Shown in pieces: positions 1-12,745 of a DNA stretch of 64,000 nt. Below the pieces are notes generated by a model. The model was not told the DNA's origin. It did no database searches and saw nothing but the letters and a program-made list of their open reading frames with translations. Both the position numbers and the translations under genes were made by a program. This DNA is from Burkholderiales bacterium (GTDB taxonomy: Bacteria > Pseudomonadota > Gammaproteobacteria > Burkholderiales > SG8-39): the NCBI GenBank assembly GCA_035310985.1, contig DATGDH010000139.1, positions 95,214-159,213 of the forward strand, written 5' to 3'. How positions within the stretch are numbered: the first letter of the stretch is position 1; the number at the start of each line of letters is the position of its first letter.

Positions 1-590
1 GCTTGAGCGAACTCGCTACCGTTCGGCTGCGTTGCGAAAGCGGCGGCTACGACGTGCTGCCGGCTAACCGCGAACTCGCGGGCGCCGAGGTCGAACTCGT
101 CGGCATCGAACGGCGCGAGTTACGCCTCAAGGAGGCGCTCGCTGGCATTAGCGCCGATTACGATTACATCCTGATCGATTGCCCACCTTCACTATCCCTG
201 CTGACCATCAACGGATTGGTGGCGGCGGACGCGGTGCTGATCCCGATGCAGTGCGAGTACTACGCGCTCGAGGGACTGTCCGACCTGGTCGGCACCATCA
301 AGCGGGTACGCGCCCATCTCAACCCAGGGCTCGAGATTGCGGGATTGCTGCGCACTATGTACGACCCGCGTAACACGCTCTCGCTACAGGTATCGCAGCA
401 ACTGGAATCGCACTTCGGGGACAAGGTCTATCAGACGCTCGTGCCCCGCAACGTGCGACTCGCCGAGGCGCCGAGCTACGGCGTGCCGGCCGTCGTTTGG
501 GACAAGACCTCGAAGGGCGCCCAGGCCTACATCGCGCTGGCAGAGGAAATTTTGACGCGCGGCAAAGGCGCATTGCCCGCTGCGGCATAG
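1..590 (+). CDS. parA: ParA/Soj chromosome-partitioning ATPase, 5'-truncated by the window edge (reading frame starts at nt 3)
   Basis: ORF runs off the left edge. It contains the ParA-type core ...YDYILIDCPPSLSLLTINGLVAADAVLIPMQCEYYALEGL... and lies directly upstream of parB. Confidence 0.9.
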   Translation, partial: LSELATVRLRCESGGYDVLPANRELAGAEVELVGIERRELRLKEALAGISADYDYILIDCPPSLSLLTINGLVAADAVLIPMQCEYYALEGLSDLVGTIKRVRAHLNPGLEIAGLLRTMYDPRNTLSLQVSQQLESHFGDKVYQTLVPRNVRLAEAPSYGVPAVVWDKTSKGAQAYIALAEEILTRGKGALPAAA

Positions 591-606
591 AGCGAATGGA
601 ATAGTC

Positions 607-1443
607 ATGATCAAGCAAAAGGGACTGGGACGTGGGCTCGACGCGCTGCTTGGCGGAGACGAGCCGCCGCGCGAGGCGCTCACGACACTGCCCGTGGGCC
701 GCATCCGGCCCGGAAAATACCAGCCGCGCACGAAGATGGACCAGGAAGCTCTTGCCGAGCTGGCCTCGTCCATAAAGTCTCAGGGCCTGATGCAGCCCCT
801 GCTGGTGCGCCCGGTAGCGCGCGACCGCTATGAGCTGATCGCCGGCGAGCGGCGCTGGCGCGCCGCGCAAATGGCCGGGCTGGACGAGGTCCCGGCACTG
901 GTGCGCGATGTACCGGACGAAGCTGCACTCGCGATGGCACTGATCGAAAATATCCAGCGCGAAAACCTGAACCCCATGGAGGAAGCATCGGGGCTGCAGC
1001 GGCTCATCGATGAGTTCAAGATGTCCCACGAGCAGGCGGCCGATGCCGTTGGACGCTCGCGCAGCGCCACGACCAACCTCTTGCGCTTGCTAAAGCTCAC
1101 AAAGCCGGTTCAGGCGATGGTCATGGAAGGCGTGCTGGATATGGGTCATGCGCGCGCCATCCTCGCGCTGGACGGAGCGCGCCAAGTGGAGGCTGCCAAG
1201 CGCATTGCGGCTCGCGGTCTTTCAGTGCGCGAGGCCGAAGCGCTGGTCGCCAGGATGTTGCGTGGCAACGCGTCCCATCAACGGCGGAAGCCTGACCGCG
1301 ATATGGCTCGACTCGAAGAAGAGGTCTCGGAGCGGCTCGGCACGACGGTCGAGATACGCCCTGGTAGAAAGGGGAGCGGCAAGCTGATCCTGCACTACTC
1401 CGGCCTTGATCACTTGGACCTGCTGCTGCGCAAGCTGCGCTGA
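607..1443 (+). CDS. parB: ParB/Spo0J chromosome-partitioning protein
   Basis: 278 aa with GLGRGLDALL, the ParB box LIAGERRWRAA and ENIQRENLNP, and an HTH region. Starts 17 nt after parA. Confidence 0.93.
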   Translation: MIKQKGLGRGLDALLGGDEPPREALTTLPVGRIRPGKYQPRTKMDQEALAELASSIKSQGLMQPLLVRPVARDRYELIAGERRWRAAQMAGLDEVPALVRDVPDEAALAMALIENIQRENLNPMEEASGLQRLIDEFKMSHEQAADAVGRSRSATTNLLRLLKLTKPVQAMVMEGVLDMGHARAILALDGARQVEAAKRIAARGLSVREAEALVARMLRGNASHQRRKPDRDMARLEEEVSERLGTTVEIRPGRKGSGKLILHYSGLDHLDLLLRKLR

Positions 1444-1484
1444 GGCGCAAGGCCTTGCGGTTGGTGCGTCGCAACACATTGACC

Positions 1485-1913
1485 ATGAAACACCTTGAAC
1501 GCTATACTCCGCGCGCTTTGCTGGGCGCGGGGGAATTCAAAGCCATGCTTCGCAGCCTGGGCAAGCCGATCCGTACGGTTCTGCGCTGGCAATTGGTGGT
1601 CACCGCAGCGCTGACTCTGGTCGCTGCGGTCACGGCGGGTACGCACGGCGCGTTCTCCGCCGCCCTCGGCGGCATGGTCAGTGTATGCGCTGGGCTCGCC
1701 TCCGGGACCGTTGCTTCGTTGGGGAAGACTGAGTCTGCAGGGGGAGTCCTGATCGGGGCGCTGCGCGCCGAAGGCATCAAGATAGGCCTGATCGTAATCC
1801 TCCTGTGGCTCGTGCTGGCGGCGTACAAGAATGTCGTAACGCTCGCCTTTCTCGGGACGTTCATGGTGACGGCCCTGATCTTCTCCCTGGCAGTAGTAGT
1901 ACGCGACCATTAG
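1485..1913 (+). CDS. atpI: ATP synthase protein I (AtpI), small hydrophobic protein
   Basis: Hydrophobic ~140 aa ORF immediately upstream of atpB. The ATG at 1485 is preferred over the TTG at 1455 listed in the ORF track. Confidence 0.7.
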   Translation: MKHLERYTPRALLGAGEFKAMLRSLGKPIRTVLRWQLVVTAALTLVAAVTAGTHGAFSAALGGMVSVCAGLASGTVASLGKTESAGGVLIGALRAEGIKIGLIVILLWLVLAAYKNVVTLAFLGTFMVTALIFSLAVVVRDH

Positions 1914-1948
1914 GTCGCACCGACTGGAAATTGGAACACCGTTAAGTC

Positions 1949-3072
<1,124 letters not shown>

Positions 3073-3112
3073 GGCGCGACGCGACCTATTCATCAGGAAG
3101 TGAGGGGCAGGC

Positions 3113-3583
3113 ATGAACATCAATCTGAGCTTGTTTACACAAGCCGCCGCCTTCGCGCTGTTCATCTGGTTCACGGTCCGGTTCGTGTGGCCGCCGTTGC
3201 TGCGCGCCATCGAGAATCGGCAGAAGCAGATCGCCGACGGCCTCGCGGCCGGCGAAGAGGGCAGGAAGTCGCTCGAAGTATCGACGCGGGAAGCCGGGCA
3301 GATGATCGACGAAGCGCGTGGACGCGCGGCCGACATCGTTGCCCAGGCGGAGAAGCGCGCCGCCCAGCTTGTCGAGGAAGCGAAGCTCGCGGCTCGAGAC
3401 GAGGGCGCGCGCGAGAAGGCCGCCGCCAAGGCTGACATTCAGCAAGAGGTTTCACGCGCCCGCGAGCAACTGCGCGAGCAGGTCGCGTCGCTTGCGGTCG
3501 CAGGCGCCGAGAAGATCCTCCGCCGCGAAGTCGACGCGAAGGCGCACGCACAGTTGCTCGAGTCGATCAAGGCGCAGCTCTGA
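3113..3583 (+). CDS. atpF: F0F1 ATP synthase subunit b
   Basis: 156 aa with an N-terminal TM helix followed by a long charged coiled-coil. Operon position fits. Confidence 0.9.
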   Translation: MNINLSLFTQAAAFALFIWFTVRFVWPPLLRAIENRQKQIADGLAAGEEGRKSLEVSTREAGQMIDEARGRAADIVAQAEKRAAQLVEEAKLAARDEGAREKAAAKADIQQEVSRAREQLREQVASLAVAGAEKILRREVDAKAHAQLLESIKAQL

Positions 3584-3586
3584 TCC

Positions 3587-4123
3587 ATGGCCGAGCGCAG
3601 CACCATCGCAAGGCCCTACGCGGAAGCGGCATTCAGGATCGCCGACTCGTCGGGCAAGCTCCCTGAGTGGGCCACCATGCTCGCCGCGCTGGCAGAGGTC
3701 GCCGGTAACGAGAGGGTGAAAGCGGCCATTGCCGACCCGAACATGCCGGCGCCGAAAGTGGCGGGCGTGTTCATTTCAGTTCTGGCCGGAAAGCTGACTG
3801 GCGAGGCGGAAAACCTGGTGCGCGTGCTGGCGGAGAACAACCGTCTTGAGTTGCTCCCCGAGATCAGGGTCCAGTTCGAGGCGCTCAAGGACGAGCGCGA
3901 AGGCGTGGTCGAAGCCCGGATTATTTCTGCGTTCGAGCTCGACGCCGCGCAGCGATCTGAACTTACCAAGCTGCTCGAAAAGCACACAGGCCGTAAGGTC
4001 CGCACCCGCGTGGACCTGGACAAGGAGCTGATCGGCGGCGTACGTGTCGTGATCGGCGACAAGGTTATTGACGCTTCCGTGCGCGCGCAGCTCAGCACGC
4101 TCGAGAGCGCATTGAAGGTTTAG
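3587..4123 (+). CDS. atpH: F0F1 ATP synthase subunit delta
   Basis: 178 aa, [11 protein letters not shown]-terminus and ...[19 protein letters not shown]-terminus typical of OSCP/delta. Confidence 0.9.
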   Translation: MAERSTIARPYAEAAFRIADSSGKLPEWATMLAALAEVAGNERVKAAIADPNMPAPKVAGVFISVLAGKLTGEAENLVRVLAENNRLELLPEIRVQFEALKDEREGVVEARIISAFELDAAQRSELTKLLEKHTGRKVRTRVDLDKELIGGVRVVIGDKVIDASVRAQLSTLESALKV

Positions 4124-4139
4124 CAACCAAGGAATCCTC

Positions 4140-5687
4140 ATGCAACTCAATCCGTCCGAAATATCGGAACTGATCAAGAGCCGGATTCAGAAACTCGATA
4201 CCGGCGCGGAGATGCGCACGGAGGGCACCGTCGTGTCGGTGACCGATGGCATTTGCCGCGTTCACGGCCTGTCCGACGTCATGCAGGGCGAGATGCTCGC
4301 GTTCCCGAATGATACTTTCGGCCTGGCGCTCAACCTGGAACGCGACTCTGTCGGCGCGGTGATTCTCGGCGAATACGAGCACATCACCGAGGGCGACACG
4401 GTCAAGTGCACGAGCAACATCCTGTCCGTCCCGGTCGGTCCCGAGCTGCTCGGGCGGGTAGTGAACTCGCTCGGCCAGCCGATCGACGGCAAAGGCCCGG
4501 TCAACGCGAAGGAGACCGACGTCATCGAGAAGGTCGCGCCCGGTGTGATCTGGAGGAAGTCGGTGTCGCAACCGGTACAGACGGGACTCAAGGCGATCGA
4601 CGCCATGGTGCCGGTTGGCCGCGGGCAGCGCGAGCTGATCATCGGTGACCGCCAGACGGGCAAGACGGCGGTTGCGGTTGACACCATCATTAATCAGAAG
4701 GGCAAGGACCTGATCTGCGTATACGTCGCGATCGGCCAGAAGGCTTCGACAATCGCCAACGTGGTGCGCAAGCTGGAGGAGCACAGCGCGATGGACTACA
4801 CCATCGTGGTCGCCGCCTCCGCCTCGGAATCGGCGGCGATGCAGTACATTGCACCGTATTCCGGCTGCACCATGGGAGAGTACTTCCGCGATCGCGGCCA
4901 GGACGCGCTGATCATCTACGACGACCTGACCAAGCAGGCTTGGGCGTATCGCCAGGTGTCGCTGCTGTTGCGCCGCCCGCCAGGGCGCGAAGCCTACCCC
5001 GGCGACGTGTTCTACCTGCACAGCCGCCTGCTCGAGCGCGCCGCGCGCGTCAACGAAGAGTATGTCGAGCGCTTCACCCAGGGCAAGGTCAAGGGCAAGA
5101 CCGGCTCGCTTACTGCGCTGCCGATCATCGAGACGCAAGCGGGTGACGTGACGGCGTTCGTGCCGACGAACGTCATCTCGATCACCGACGGCCAGATCTT
5201 CCTCGAGTCGGATTTGTTCAACGCCGGCATCCGGCCCGCGATTAACGCCGGCATCTCGGTGTCGCGCGTGGGCGGCGCGGCGCAGACCAAGATCATGAAG
5301 CGACGCGACACCGGCGGCGGCGTGCGCCTGGCGCTCGCGCAGTACCGGGAGCTTGCGGCCTTCGCGCAGTTCGCCTCGGATCTGGACGAAGCCACGCGCA
5401 AGCAGCTCGAGCGCGGGCGCATGGTCACCGAGCTCATGAAGCAGCCGCAGTACTCCCCGCTTCAGGTCTGGGAGATGGCGCTGACGCTGTTCGGCGTGAA
5501 CAACGCGTATTTCGACGATATCGATGTGAAAAAGGCGCTGGCCGCCGAAAAGTCGATGCGCGACTACATCAAGGACAAATACGCGGATCTCGTCAAGCGT
5601 ATGGAGGACAAGAAGGACCTCTCGGCGGATGACGAGAAGGCACTCAAGGCCGCGATCGAGGACTGGAAGAAGAGCGGCTCGTTCTGA
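4140..5687 (+). CDS. atpA: F0F1 ATP synthase subunit alpha
   Basis: 515 aa with Walker A GDRQTGKT and conserved alpha-subunit blocks. Confidence 0.97.
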   Translation: MQLNPSEISELIKSRIQKLDTGAEMRTEGTVVSVTDGICRVHGLSDVMQGEMLAFPNDTFGLALNLERDSVGAVILGEYEHITEGDTVKCTSNILSVPVGPELLGRVVNSLGQPIDGKGPVNAKETDVIEKVAPGVIWRKSVSQPVQTGLKAIDAMVPVGRGQRELIIGDRQTGKTAVAVDTIINQKGKDLICVYVAIGQKASTIANVVRKLEEHSAMDYTIVVAASASESAAMQYIAPYSGCTMGEYFRDRGQDALIIYDDLTKQAWAYRQVSLLLRRPPGREAYPGDVFYLHSRLLERAARVNEEYVERFTQGKVKGKTGSLTALPIIETQAGDVTAFVPTNVISITDGQIFLESDLFNAGIRPAINAGISVSRVGGAAQTKIMKRRDTGGGVRLALAQYRELAAFAQFASDLDEATRKQLERGRMVTELMKQPQYSPLQVWEMALTLFGVNNAYFDDIDVKKALAAEKSMRDYIKDKYADLVKRMEDKKDLSADDEKALKAAIEDWKKSGSF

Positions 5688-5702
5688 GCCGGGGTAAGCG
5701 CC

Positions 5703-6566
5703 ATGCCGGGCACCAAAGAGATCCGCAACAAGATCAAGAGTGTGCAGAACACTCGGAAGATCACGAAGGCGATGGAGATGGTTTCCGCCTCGAAGATGCG
5801 CAAGGCGCAGGAGCGCATGCGCGCGACGCGACCCTATGGCGAGAAGATCCGCAATGTGGCAGCGCACATCAGCCATGCCAATCCGGAATACCGCCACCCG
5901 TTCCTGGTGGACCGCGATTCGGTCAAGGGTGTTGGCCTGATCCTGATCACCACCGACAAGGGGCTTTGCGGTGGCCTGAACACGAACGTCCAGCGCATGG
6001 TGCTGAACAGCTACAAGGAATGGCAGGCGCAGGGCGAGCAGATCGAGGTCTGTTGCCTCGGGAACAAGGGGCTGGGGTTCATGCAGCGCCTGGGGGCCAA
6101 CGTCGTCTCGCAGGTCGTGCAGCTCGGCGACCGGCCTCAGCTCGACAAGCTGATCGGCGCGGTGCGGGTGATGCTCGAAGGCTTCGTCGAGAATCGCTTC
6201 GATAGGGTCATGATCGCGTACACGCGCTTCATAAACACCATGAAGCAGGAGCCGATCATGGAGCAGCTCCTGCCGCTTACTGGCGAGCGTATGGGCGCGC
6301 CCGAGGGCGCTTGGGACTACCTGTACGAGCCGGAGGCGCAGAGCGTCCTCGAGCAGGTGCTGACGCGCTATATCGAGTGGATCATCGTGCAGGCACTGGC
6401 GGAGAACATGGCCTCGGAGCAGTCGGCGCGTATGGTGGCGATGAAGGCCGCGTCCGACAACGCGGATACTCTGATCGACGAGCTCACGCTGATTTACAAC
6501 AAGAACCGGCAGGCCGGGATCACCAAGGAACTCTCGGAAATCGTCGGCGGCGCGGCCGCCGTATAA
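5703..6566 (+). CDS. atpG: F0F1 ATP synthase subunit gamma
   Basis: 287 aa, [33 protein letters not shown]-terminus and [16 protein letters not shown]-terminus. Confidence 0.95.
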   Translation: MPGTKEIRNKIKSVQNTRKITKAMEMVSASKMRKAQERMRATRPYGEKIRNVAAHISHANPEYRHPFLVDRDSVKGVGLILITTDKGLCGGLNTNVQRMVLNSYKEWQAQGEQIEVCCLGNKGLGFMQRLGANVVSQVVQLGDRPQLDKLIGAVRVMLEGFVENRFDRVMIAYTRFINTMKQEPIMEQLLPLTGERMGAPEGAWDYLYEPEAQSVLEQVLTRYIEWIIVQALAENMASEQSARMVAMKAASDNADTLIDELTLIYNKNRQAGITKELSEIVGGAAAV

Positions 6567-6582
6567 CGGAATCTAGGTCTAG

Positions 6583-8022
<1,440 letters not shown>

Positions 8023-8033
8023 GGCGAGCCCAC

Positions 8034-8453
8034 ATGGCAACCACCATGCACGTCGACGTGGTCAGCGCGGAAGAATCCATCTTCTCGGGCGAGGCGGAGT
8101 TCGTCGTGCTGCCGGGCGAGGTCGGCGAGCTCGGCGTCTATCCGCGCCACACACCGCTCATCACCCGCATCCGTCCCGGCACGGTGCGCATCACTCCGGC
8201 GGGCGGTGGGGAGGAGCAGCTGATCTTCGTAGCCGGCGGCATTCTCGAGATCCAGCCGCAGGTCGTGACGGTGCTCGCCGACACCGCGATACGCGGCCAC
8301 GACCTGGACGAGGCCAAGGCGCTTGAAGCGCAGAAGCGCGCGGCCGAAGCGCGCGCGAAGGCGAAGGACAAGGAAGAAGTCGCGACCGTCGAAGCCGAGC
8401 TCTCGATGCTCGCGGCGCAGCTCGCGGCGATCCGCAAGCTGCGCAGGAAGTGA
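8034..8453 (+). CDS. atpC: F0F1 ATP synthase subunit epsilon
   Basis: 139 aa, [42 protein letters not shown]. The internal ATG at 8034 of track ORF 7941..8453 lies just after the atpD stop. Confidence 0.93.
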   Translation: MATTMHVDVVSAEESIFSGEAEFVVLPGEVGELGVYPRHTPLITRIRPGTVRITPAGGGEEQLIFVAGGILEIQPQVVTVLADTAIRGHDLDEAKALEAQKRAAEARAKAKDKEEVATVEAELSMLAAQLAAIRKLRRK

Positions 8454-8456
8454 CGC

Positions 8457-10013
8457 TCAGGTGCGTGCGCGGGCCGCGGCGCCGCGGTAGCGCTCGCGCA
8501 GCAGGCGCTTGTACAGCTTTCCCGTAGGGTGGCGGGGCAGCTCGGGCTCGAAATCGACCGAGCGCGGGCACTTGATATGCGAGAGGTTGTCGCGGCAGTA
8601 GGCCATCAGTTCTGCCGCGAGCGCGGGACCGGCCTCGCGCCAGTCGGTCGGCTGCACGACCGCCTTTACCTCCTCGCCCAAGTCTTCGTTCGGCACGCCG
8701 AGCACGGCGACGTCCGCGACCTTCGGATGGGCGACGAGAAGATTCTCGACCTCCTGCGGGTAGACGTTCACCCCGCCGCTGATGATCATGTAGTCCTTGC
8801 GGTCCGTGAGGTAGAGGTAGCCTTCGGCGTCCAGGTGCCCGACGTCGCTAAGCGTCGACCAGCCCTCACGGCTGCGCGAGGCAGCGGTCTTCTTGGGGTC
8901 GTTGTGATACTCGAACGCGGGACCGTTCGCGAAATAAATGGTCCCCGTCTCGCCCGGCGGTAGCGGCCTGCCCTCGTCGTCAAGAATGCGCACTTCGCCC
9001 AGCAGCGCGCGACCGACCGTGCCCTTGTGCGCGAGCCACTCCTGCGAATTACAGGCAACGTAGCCGTTGCCCTCAGTGCCGGCGTAGTACTCGTACAGCA
9101 CGGGACCCCACCAGCGGATCATCTCCTCCTTCACCGGTACGGGACAGGGCGCGGCGGCGTGGATCGCGACTTTGAGCGAGCTTACGTCGTAGCGTGCTCG
9201 CACTTCGGCCGGAAGTTTCAGCATGCGCACGAACATGGTCGGCACCCACTGGCTGTGCGTGACGCGGTGCCGCTCGATGAGCGCCAGCGCTTCCTCGGCA
9301 TCGAAGTGCTCCATCAATACCGAGGTTCCTCCGCAACGCATGACCGTAATGTTGAAGCGCAGCGGCGCCGCGTGATAAAGGGGCGCGGGCGAGAGGTAGA
9401 CCGAGTCCGGGCCCAGGCCGTACAGCTTCCTGGCGAGCGCGAGTAGCGGCGTGGGGGCGTCGATCGCCTCGTCGAGAAGCTCGGTCTTGATGCCTTTGGG
9501 ACGACCCGTCGTGCCGGAAGAGTAAAGCATGTCGCGCCCCGCGCTTTGGTCGCCGATGCGAGCGCGCGGCTGCGCGCCCGCCGCCTCCTCCCAACGCCGG
9601 TAGCCGGGGAGCGCGCCGCCGACCGAAAGGCGCAGTGCGAGCTGCGGCACTCGCTCGACGAGCCCCGCCGCAGCTTCGGCGAGGCTCGCCGAGATAATGA
9701 ACGCCTTGGCACCGCAATCGCGCAGGATGTACTCGGCTTCCTGCAGCGCGAGCCGCGTGCTCATCGCGGTGAAGAGCAGGCCCGAACGCTGCGCGGCGAA
9801 GCAGATTTCGAAGTAGCGCGCATTGTTGTCCATCATGAGCGCGACGTGATCGCCGCGCGCCAGACCGCAGGCCCTGAACAACTGCGCACCCTGGTTGGAG
9901 CGCTCCTCGAGCTCGCGATAGGTGACCACCTCGCCGGAGCGCGCCATGACGTACGCCGGCTTGTCGGGCGTGCGTGCGGCGTGGTGGCAGGGATGGAGCA
10001 GGTCTGCGTCCAT
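8457..10013 (-). CDS. AMP-dependent acyl-CoA synthetase/ligase (ANL superfamily)
   Basis: AMP-binding motifs YSSGTTGRPKG, YYAGTEG, GDVG...DRKDYMIISGGVNVYP. The start at M17 (10013) of the track ORF is preferred because an upstream start would overlap the divergent gene. Its stop lies 3 nt from the atpC stop (convergent). Confidence 0.85.
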   Translation of the reverse strand: MDADLLHPCHHAARTPDKPAYVMARSGEVVTYRELEERSNQGAQLFRACGLARGDHVALMMDNNARYFEICFAAQRSGLLFTAMSTRLALQEAEYILRDCGAKAFIISASLAEAAAGLVERVPQLALRLSVGGALPGYRRWEEAAGAQPRARIGDQSAGRDMLYSSGTTGRPKGIKTELLDEAIDAPTPLLALARKLYGLGPDSVYLSPAPLYHAAPLRFNITVMRCGGTSVLMEHFDAEEALALIERHRVTHSQWVPTMFVRMLKLPAEVRARYDVSSLKVAIHAAAPCPVPVKEEMIRWWGPVLYEYYAGTEGNGYVACNSQEWLAHKGTVGRALLGEVRILDDEGRPLPPGETGTIYFANGPAFEYHNDPKKTAASRSREGWSTLSDVGHLDAEGYLYLTDRKDYMIISGGVNVYPQEVENLLVAHPKVADVAVLGVPNEDLGEEVKAVVQPTDWREAGPALAAELMAYCRDNLSHIKCPRSVDFEPELPRHPTGKLYKRLLRERYRGAAARART

Positions 10014-10050
10014 GGCTTGGCGTCGCGAGTGTTGCATAATCCCGGACACC

Positions 10051-11499
10051 ATGACGAACACTTTTGGAATTCTCTCCTACGGTGCCTACATCCCCCGGCG
10101 CCGGCTGCAACGCAAGGCGATCGCCGCGGCGAACACTTGGTTCAATCCGGCGCTGCGCGGGCTCGCCAAGGGCGAGCGCGCGATGGCCAACTGGGACGAG
10201 GACGCGGTCACCATGGCCGTCGAAGCGGCCCGCGACTGTCTCAGCGGCATGACAACCGTTACACCGGCCCAGCTGATGCTCGCCTCGACGACGCATCCCT
10301 ACGATGACAGGCAGAACGCAGGGATCGTGGCGACTGCGCTGCACTTGGGCTCCGCCCTGCGCGCCCTCGACGTGACCGGCAGCCAGCGCGCCGGCAGCTC
10401 GGCGCTTATGACCGCGCTTGCTACGGGCGCGAACGTCGTCGTCACGGCAGGCGAGCACCGGCTCGCCAAGGCGGCGAGCCCACAGGAAATGCATTACGGC
10501 GACGGCGCGGCGGCGCTGCTCGTCGGGCGCGGCGCGCCGATCGCGCGCCTGGTCGCCGCGCACAGCGAGACGGTGGACTTCGTGCACCAGTACCGGGGCC
10601 GCGACCGCGCGCACGACTACATGTGGGAGGAGCGGTGGATCCGCGACGAGGGCTACATGAAGATCGTGCCCGCGGCGCTCGCGACGCTTTTCAACGCGAG
10701 CGGCGCTTCCCCAGGGGCCGTGACGCACTTCTGCATGCCATGCACGCTATCGCGCGTTGCCGCCGGCGTCGCCAAGCGCGCCGGAATCGCCGAGAGCGCC
10801 CTGCGCGACAACCTCGCCGCGGTGTGCGGCGACACCGGCGCCGCGCATCCGCTGCTCATGCTCGCTCAGGCGCTCGAGGAGTCGAAGCCCGGCGACCGGA
10901 TCGTCGTCGCCGCGTTCGGCCAGGGCTGCGATGCGCTGCTGTTCGAGGTCACCGATGCCGTGCGCGAACTGCCCGCGCGCCGCGGGGTGCGGGGTGCGCT
11001 CGCCCGGCGCAAGGAAGAGACTAACTACGAGCGCTTTCTCGCGTTCAACGACCACATCGCGCTCGATCGCGGCATGCGCGCCGAGGTCGATCACGGCACG
11101 CCGCTCTCGACGCTGTACCGCAACCGCGAGATGGTCACCGGCCTCGTGGGCGGGCGCTGCCGCAACTGCGGCACGCTGCAATTCCCGCGCGGGCGCTACT
11201 GCGTCAACCCGAAGTGCAACGCGCTCGATTCGCAGGACGATCACCCGTTCTCCGAGGTGGGCGCGAAGGTGATGTCGTACACGGCCGACGCGCTCACCTA
11301 CAGTCCCGATCCGCCGGCCTACTACGGCATGATCCAGTTCGACGGAGGGGGACGCATGATGGCCGACTTCGCCGACGTCGACGATGGCAAGGTCGAGGTG
11401 GGCATGCCGATGCGCATGATGTTCCGCGTCAAGGAGCACGATGCTGCGCGCGGCTTCGTGCGATACTTTTGGAAGGCCGCACCCGCAGGTAACCAGTAG
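10051..11499 (+). CDS. Fusion protein: N-terminal HMG-CoA synthase/KAS-III-like thiolase-fold domain plus C-terminal DUF35 (Zn-ribbon plus OB-fold) domain
   Basis: 482 aa. The N-terminus, FGILSYGAYIPRRRL...DEDAVTMAVEAARDCL...STTHPY, resembles HMGCS. The C-terminus has the rubredoxin-like CRNCGTLQFPRGRYCVNPKC followed by an OB-fold-like region, as in DUF35 proteins. Internal ATG at 10051 of track ORF 9922..11499. Confidence 0.7.
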   Translation: MTNTFGILSYGAYIPRRRLQRKAIAAANTWFNPALRGLAKGERAMANWDEDAVTMAVEAARDCLSGMTTVTPAQLMLASTTHPYDDRQNAGIVATALHLGSALRALDVTGSQRAGSSALMTALATGANVVVTAGEHRLAKAASPQEMHYGDGAAALLVGRGAPIARLVAAHSETVDFVHQYRGRDRAHDYMWEERWIRDEGYMKIVPAALATLFNASGASPGAVTHFCMPCTLSRVAAGVAKRAGIAESALRDNLAAVCGDTGAAHPLLMLAQALEESKPGDRIVVAAFGQGCDALLFEVTDAVRELPARRGVRGALARRKEETNYERFLAFNDHIALDRGMRAEVDHGTPLSTLYRNREMVTGLVGGRCRNCGTLQFPRGRYCVNPKCNALDSQDDHPFSEVGAKVMSYTADALTYSPDPPAYYGMIQFDGGGRMMADFADVDDGKVEVGMPMRMMFRVKEHDAARGFVRYFWKAAPAGNQ

Positions 11500-11509
11500 G
11501 AGGTCCGAC

Positions 11510-12712
11510 ATGGCAATCGGAATCCGCGACAAGGTGGTGATCCTCGGCATGGGCTGCTCGAAGTTCGGAGAGCGCTGGGACCGCAATGCCGAGGACCTGA
11601 TGGTCGAAGCCTTCGAAGAAGGCTTGAAGGACGCCGGCATCGAGCGCAACCAGATCGAGGCGGCGTGGTTCGGCACCGCGATCGAGGAACAGCACGTCGG
11701 CAAGTCGGGCGTGCCTCTCGCGATGACGCTGCGCCTGCCCTATATCCCGGTGACGCGCGTCGAGAACTATTGCGCCACCGGCACCGAGGCATTCCGTGGC
11801 GCGGTGTATGCCGTGGCCTCCGGCGCGGTCGACATCGCGCTTGCGCTCGGCGTGGAAAAGCTCAAGGACACCGGCTACGGAGGCCTGCCGCAGCGCGGCC
11901 GCGGCGGCCTGAACAACTTCTTCTGGGCCAACATTTCGGCGCCCGGCTCGTTCGCCCAGCTCGCCGCGGCCTACCGCGCCAAGCACCGTGTCGACCCGAA
12001 AGACCTGAAACGCGCCATGGCGCACATCTCGGTGAAGAGTCACGACAACGGCGCGAAGAACCCGAAGGCGCACCTGAGGAATCGCATTACCGAGGAGGAC
12101 GTGCTGAACGCGCCGATGATCGCCGATCCGCTCGGGCTGTACGACTGCTGCGGCGTCTCGGACGGCTCGGCCTGCGCGATCGTCACCACGCCCGACATCG
12201 CGCGCGGCCTCGGCAAGAAAGACCTCGTTGCGGTGAAGGCGCTGCAGCTCGCGGTCTCGAACGGCCAGGAGGTGCAATACGACGAGTGGGACGGCTCGTA
12301 TTTCGCCACCACGCGCGTGGCCGCCAAGCGCGCTTACCGCGAGGCCGGCATCGACGACCCGAGAAAGCGCATCTCGATGTTCGACGTGCACGACTGCTTC
12401 TCGGTCACTGAGCTGGTGACCATGGAAGACCTCGGGATCTCCGACGAGGGCAAGGCGATCATGGACGTGCTGGACGGCTTCTACGACGCTTCCGGCAAGA
12501 TCCCGTGCCAGATCGATGGCGGGCTGAAATGCTTCGGCCATCCGATCGGCGCCTCGGGCCTGCGCATGCTCTACGAGATGTACCTGCAGCTTTCGGGCCG
12601 CGCCGGCGAGCGCCAGCGGTCCGAGCCGGTGCTCGGCATGACGCACAACCTCGGCGGCTTCCCGAGCCAAAACGTTTCATCGGTCACGATCGTCGGCAGC
12701 TACGGCGCCTGA
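11510..12712 (+). CDS. Thiolase-like protein, SCP-x / lipid-transfer (Ltp) type
   Basis: 400 aa, ILGMGCSKFGERW, nucleophile context VENYCATGTEAF, C-terminal GHPIGASG and NLGG. GGAGG SD upstream of the ATG at 11510. Confidence 0.85.
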   Translation: MAIGIRDKVVILGMGCSKFGERWDRNAEDLMVEAFEEGLKDAGIERNQIEAAWFGTAIEEQHVGKSGVPLAMTLRLPYIPVTRVENYCATGTEAFRGAVYAVASGAVDIALALGVEKLKDTGYGGLPQRGRGGLNNFFWANISAPGSFAQLAAAYRAKHRVDPKDLKRAMAHISVKSHDNGAKNPKAHLRNRITEEDVLNAPMIADPLGLYDCCGVSDGSACAIVTTPDIARGLGKKDLVAVKALQLAVSNGQEVQYDEWDGSYFATTRVAAKRAYREAGIDDPRKRISMFDVHDCFSVTELVTMEDLGISDEGKAIMDVLDGFYDASGKIPCQIDGGLKCFGHPIGASGLRMLYEMYLQLSGRAGERQRSEPVLGMTHNLGGFPSQNVSSVTIVGSYGA

Positions 12713-12745
12713 GCGCCTGCCGAAGCGCGCGAGCGGGGATCGGCC

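Noticed and set aside
1446-1459. Perfect 14-bp palindrome CGCAAGGCCTTGCG just after the parB stop, considered as a parS site or terminator.
   Set aside because: It does not resemble the parS consensus (TGTTNCACGTGAAACA type) and has no T-run. I also saw no full parS elsewhere in the first 3.5 kb, only isolated GTTTCAC/TGAAACA half-matches (near 3451 and 1487).
4092-5897. 601-aa minus-strand ORF antisense to atpA. Similar long antisense or out-of-frame ORFs occur elsewhere, for example 9073..10728(-), 20972..22243(+), 26116..27849(-), 31198..32091(-), 33893..35644(-), 35678..38269(-), 39084..40484(-) and 16798..17901(-).
   Set aside because: They lie opposite or out of frame to genes with unambiguous conserved motifs. 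Their translations are Arg/Ala/Gly/Pro-rich low-complexity strings with no recognisable domain. Long spurious ORFs are expected in ~67% GC DNA because stop codons are rare.
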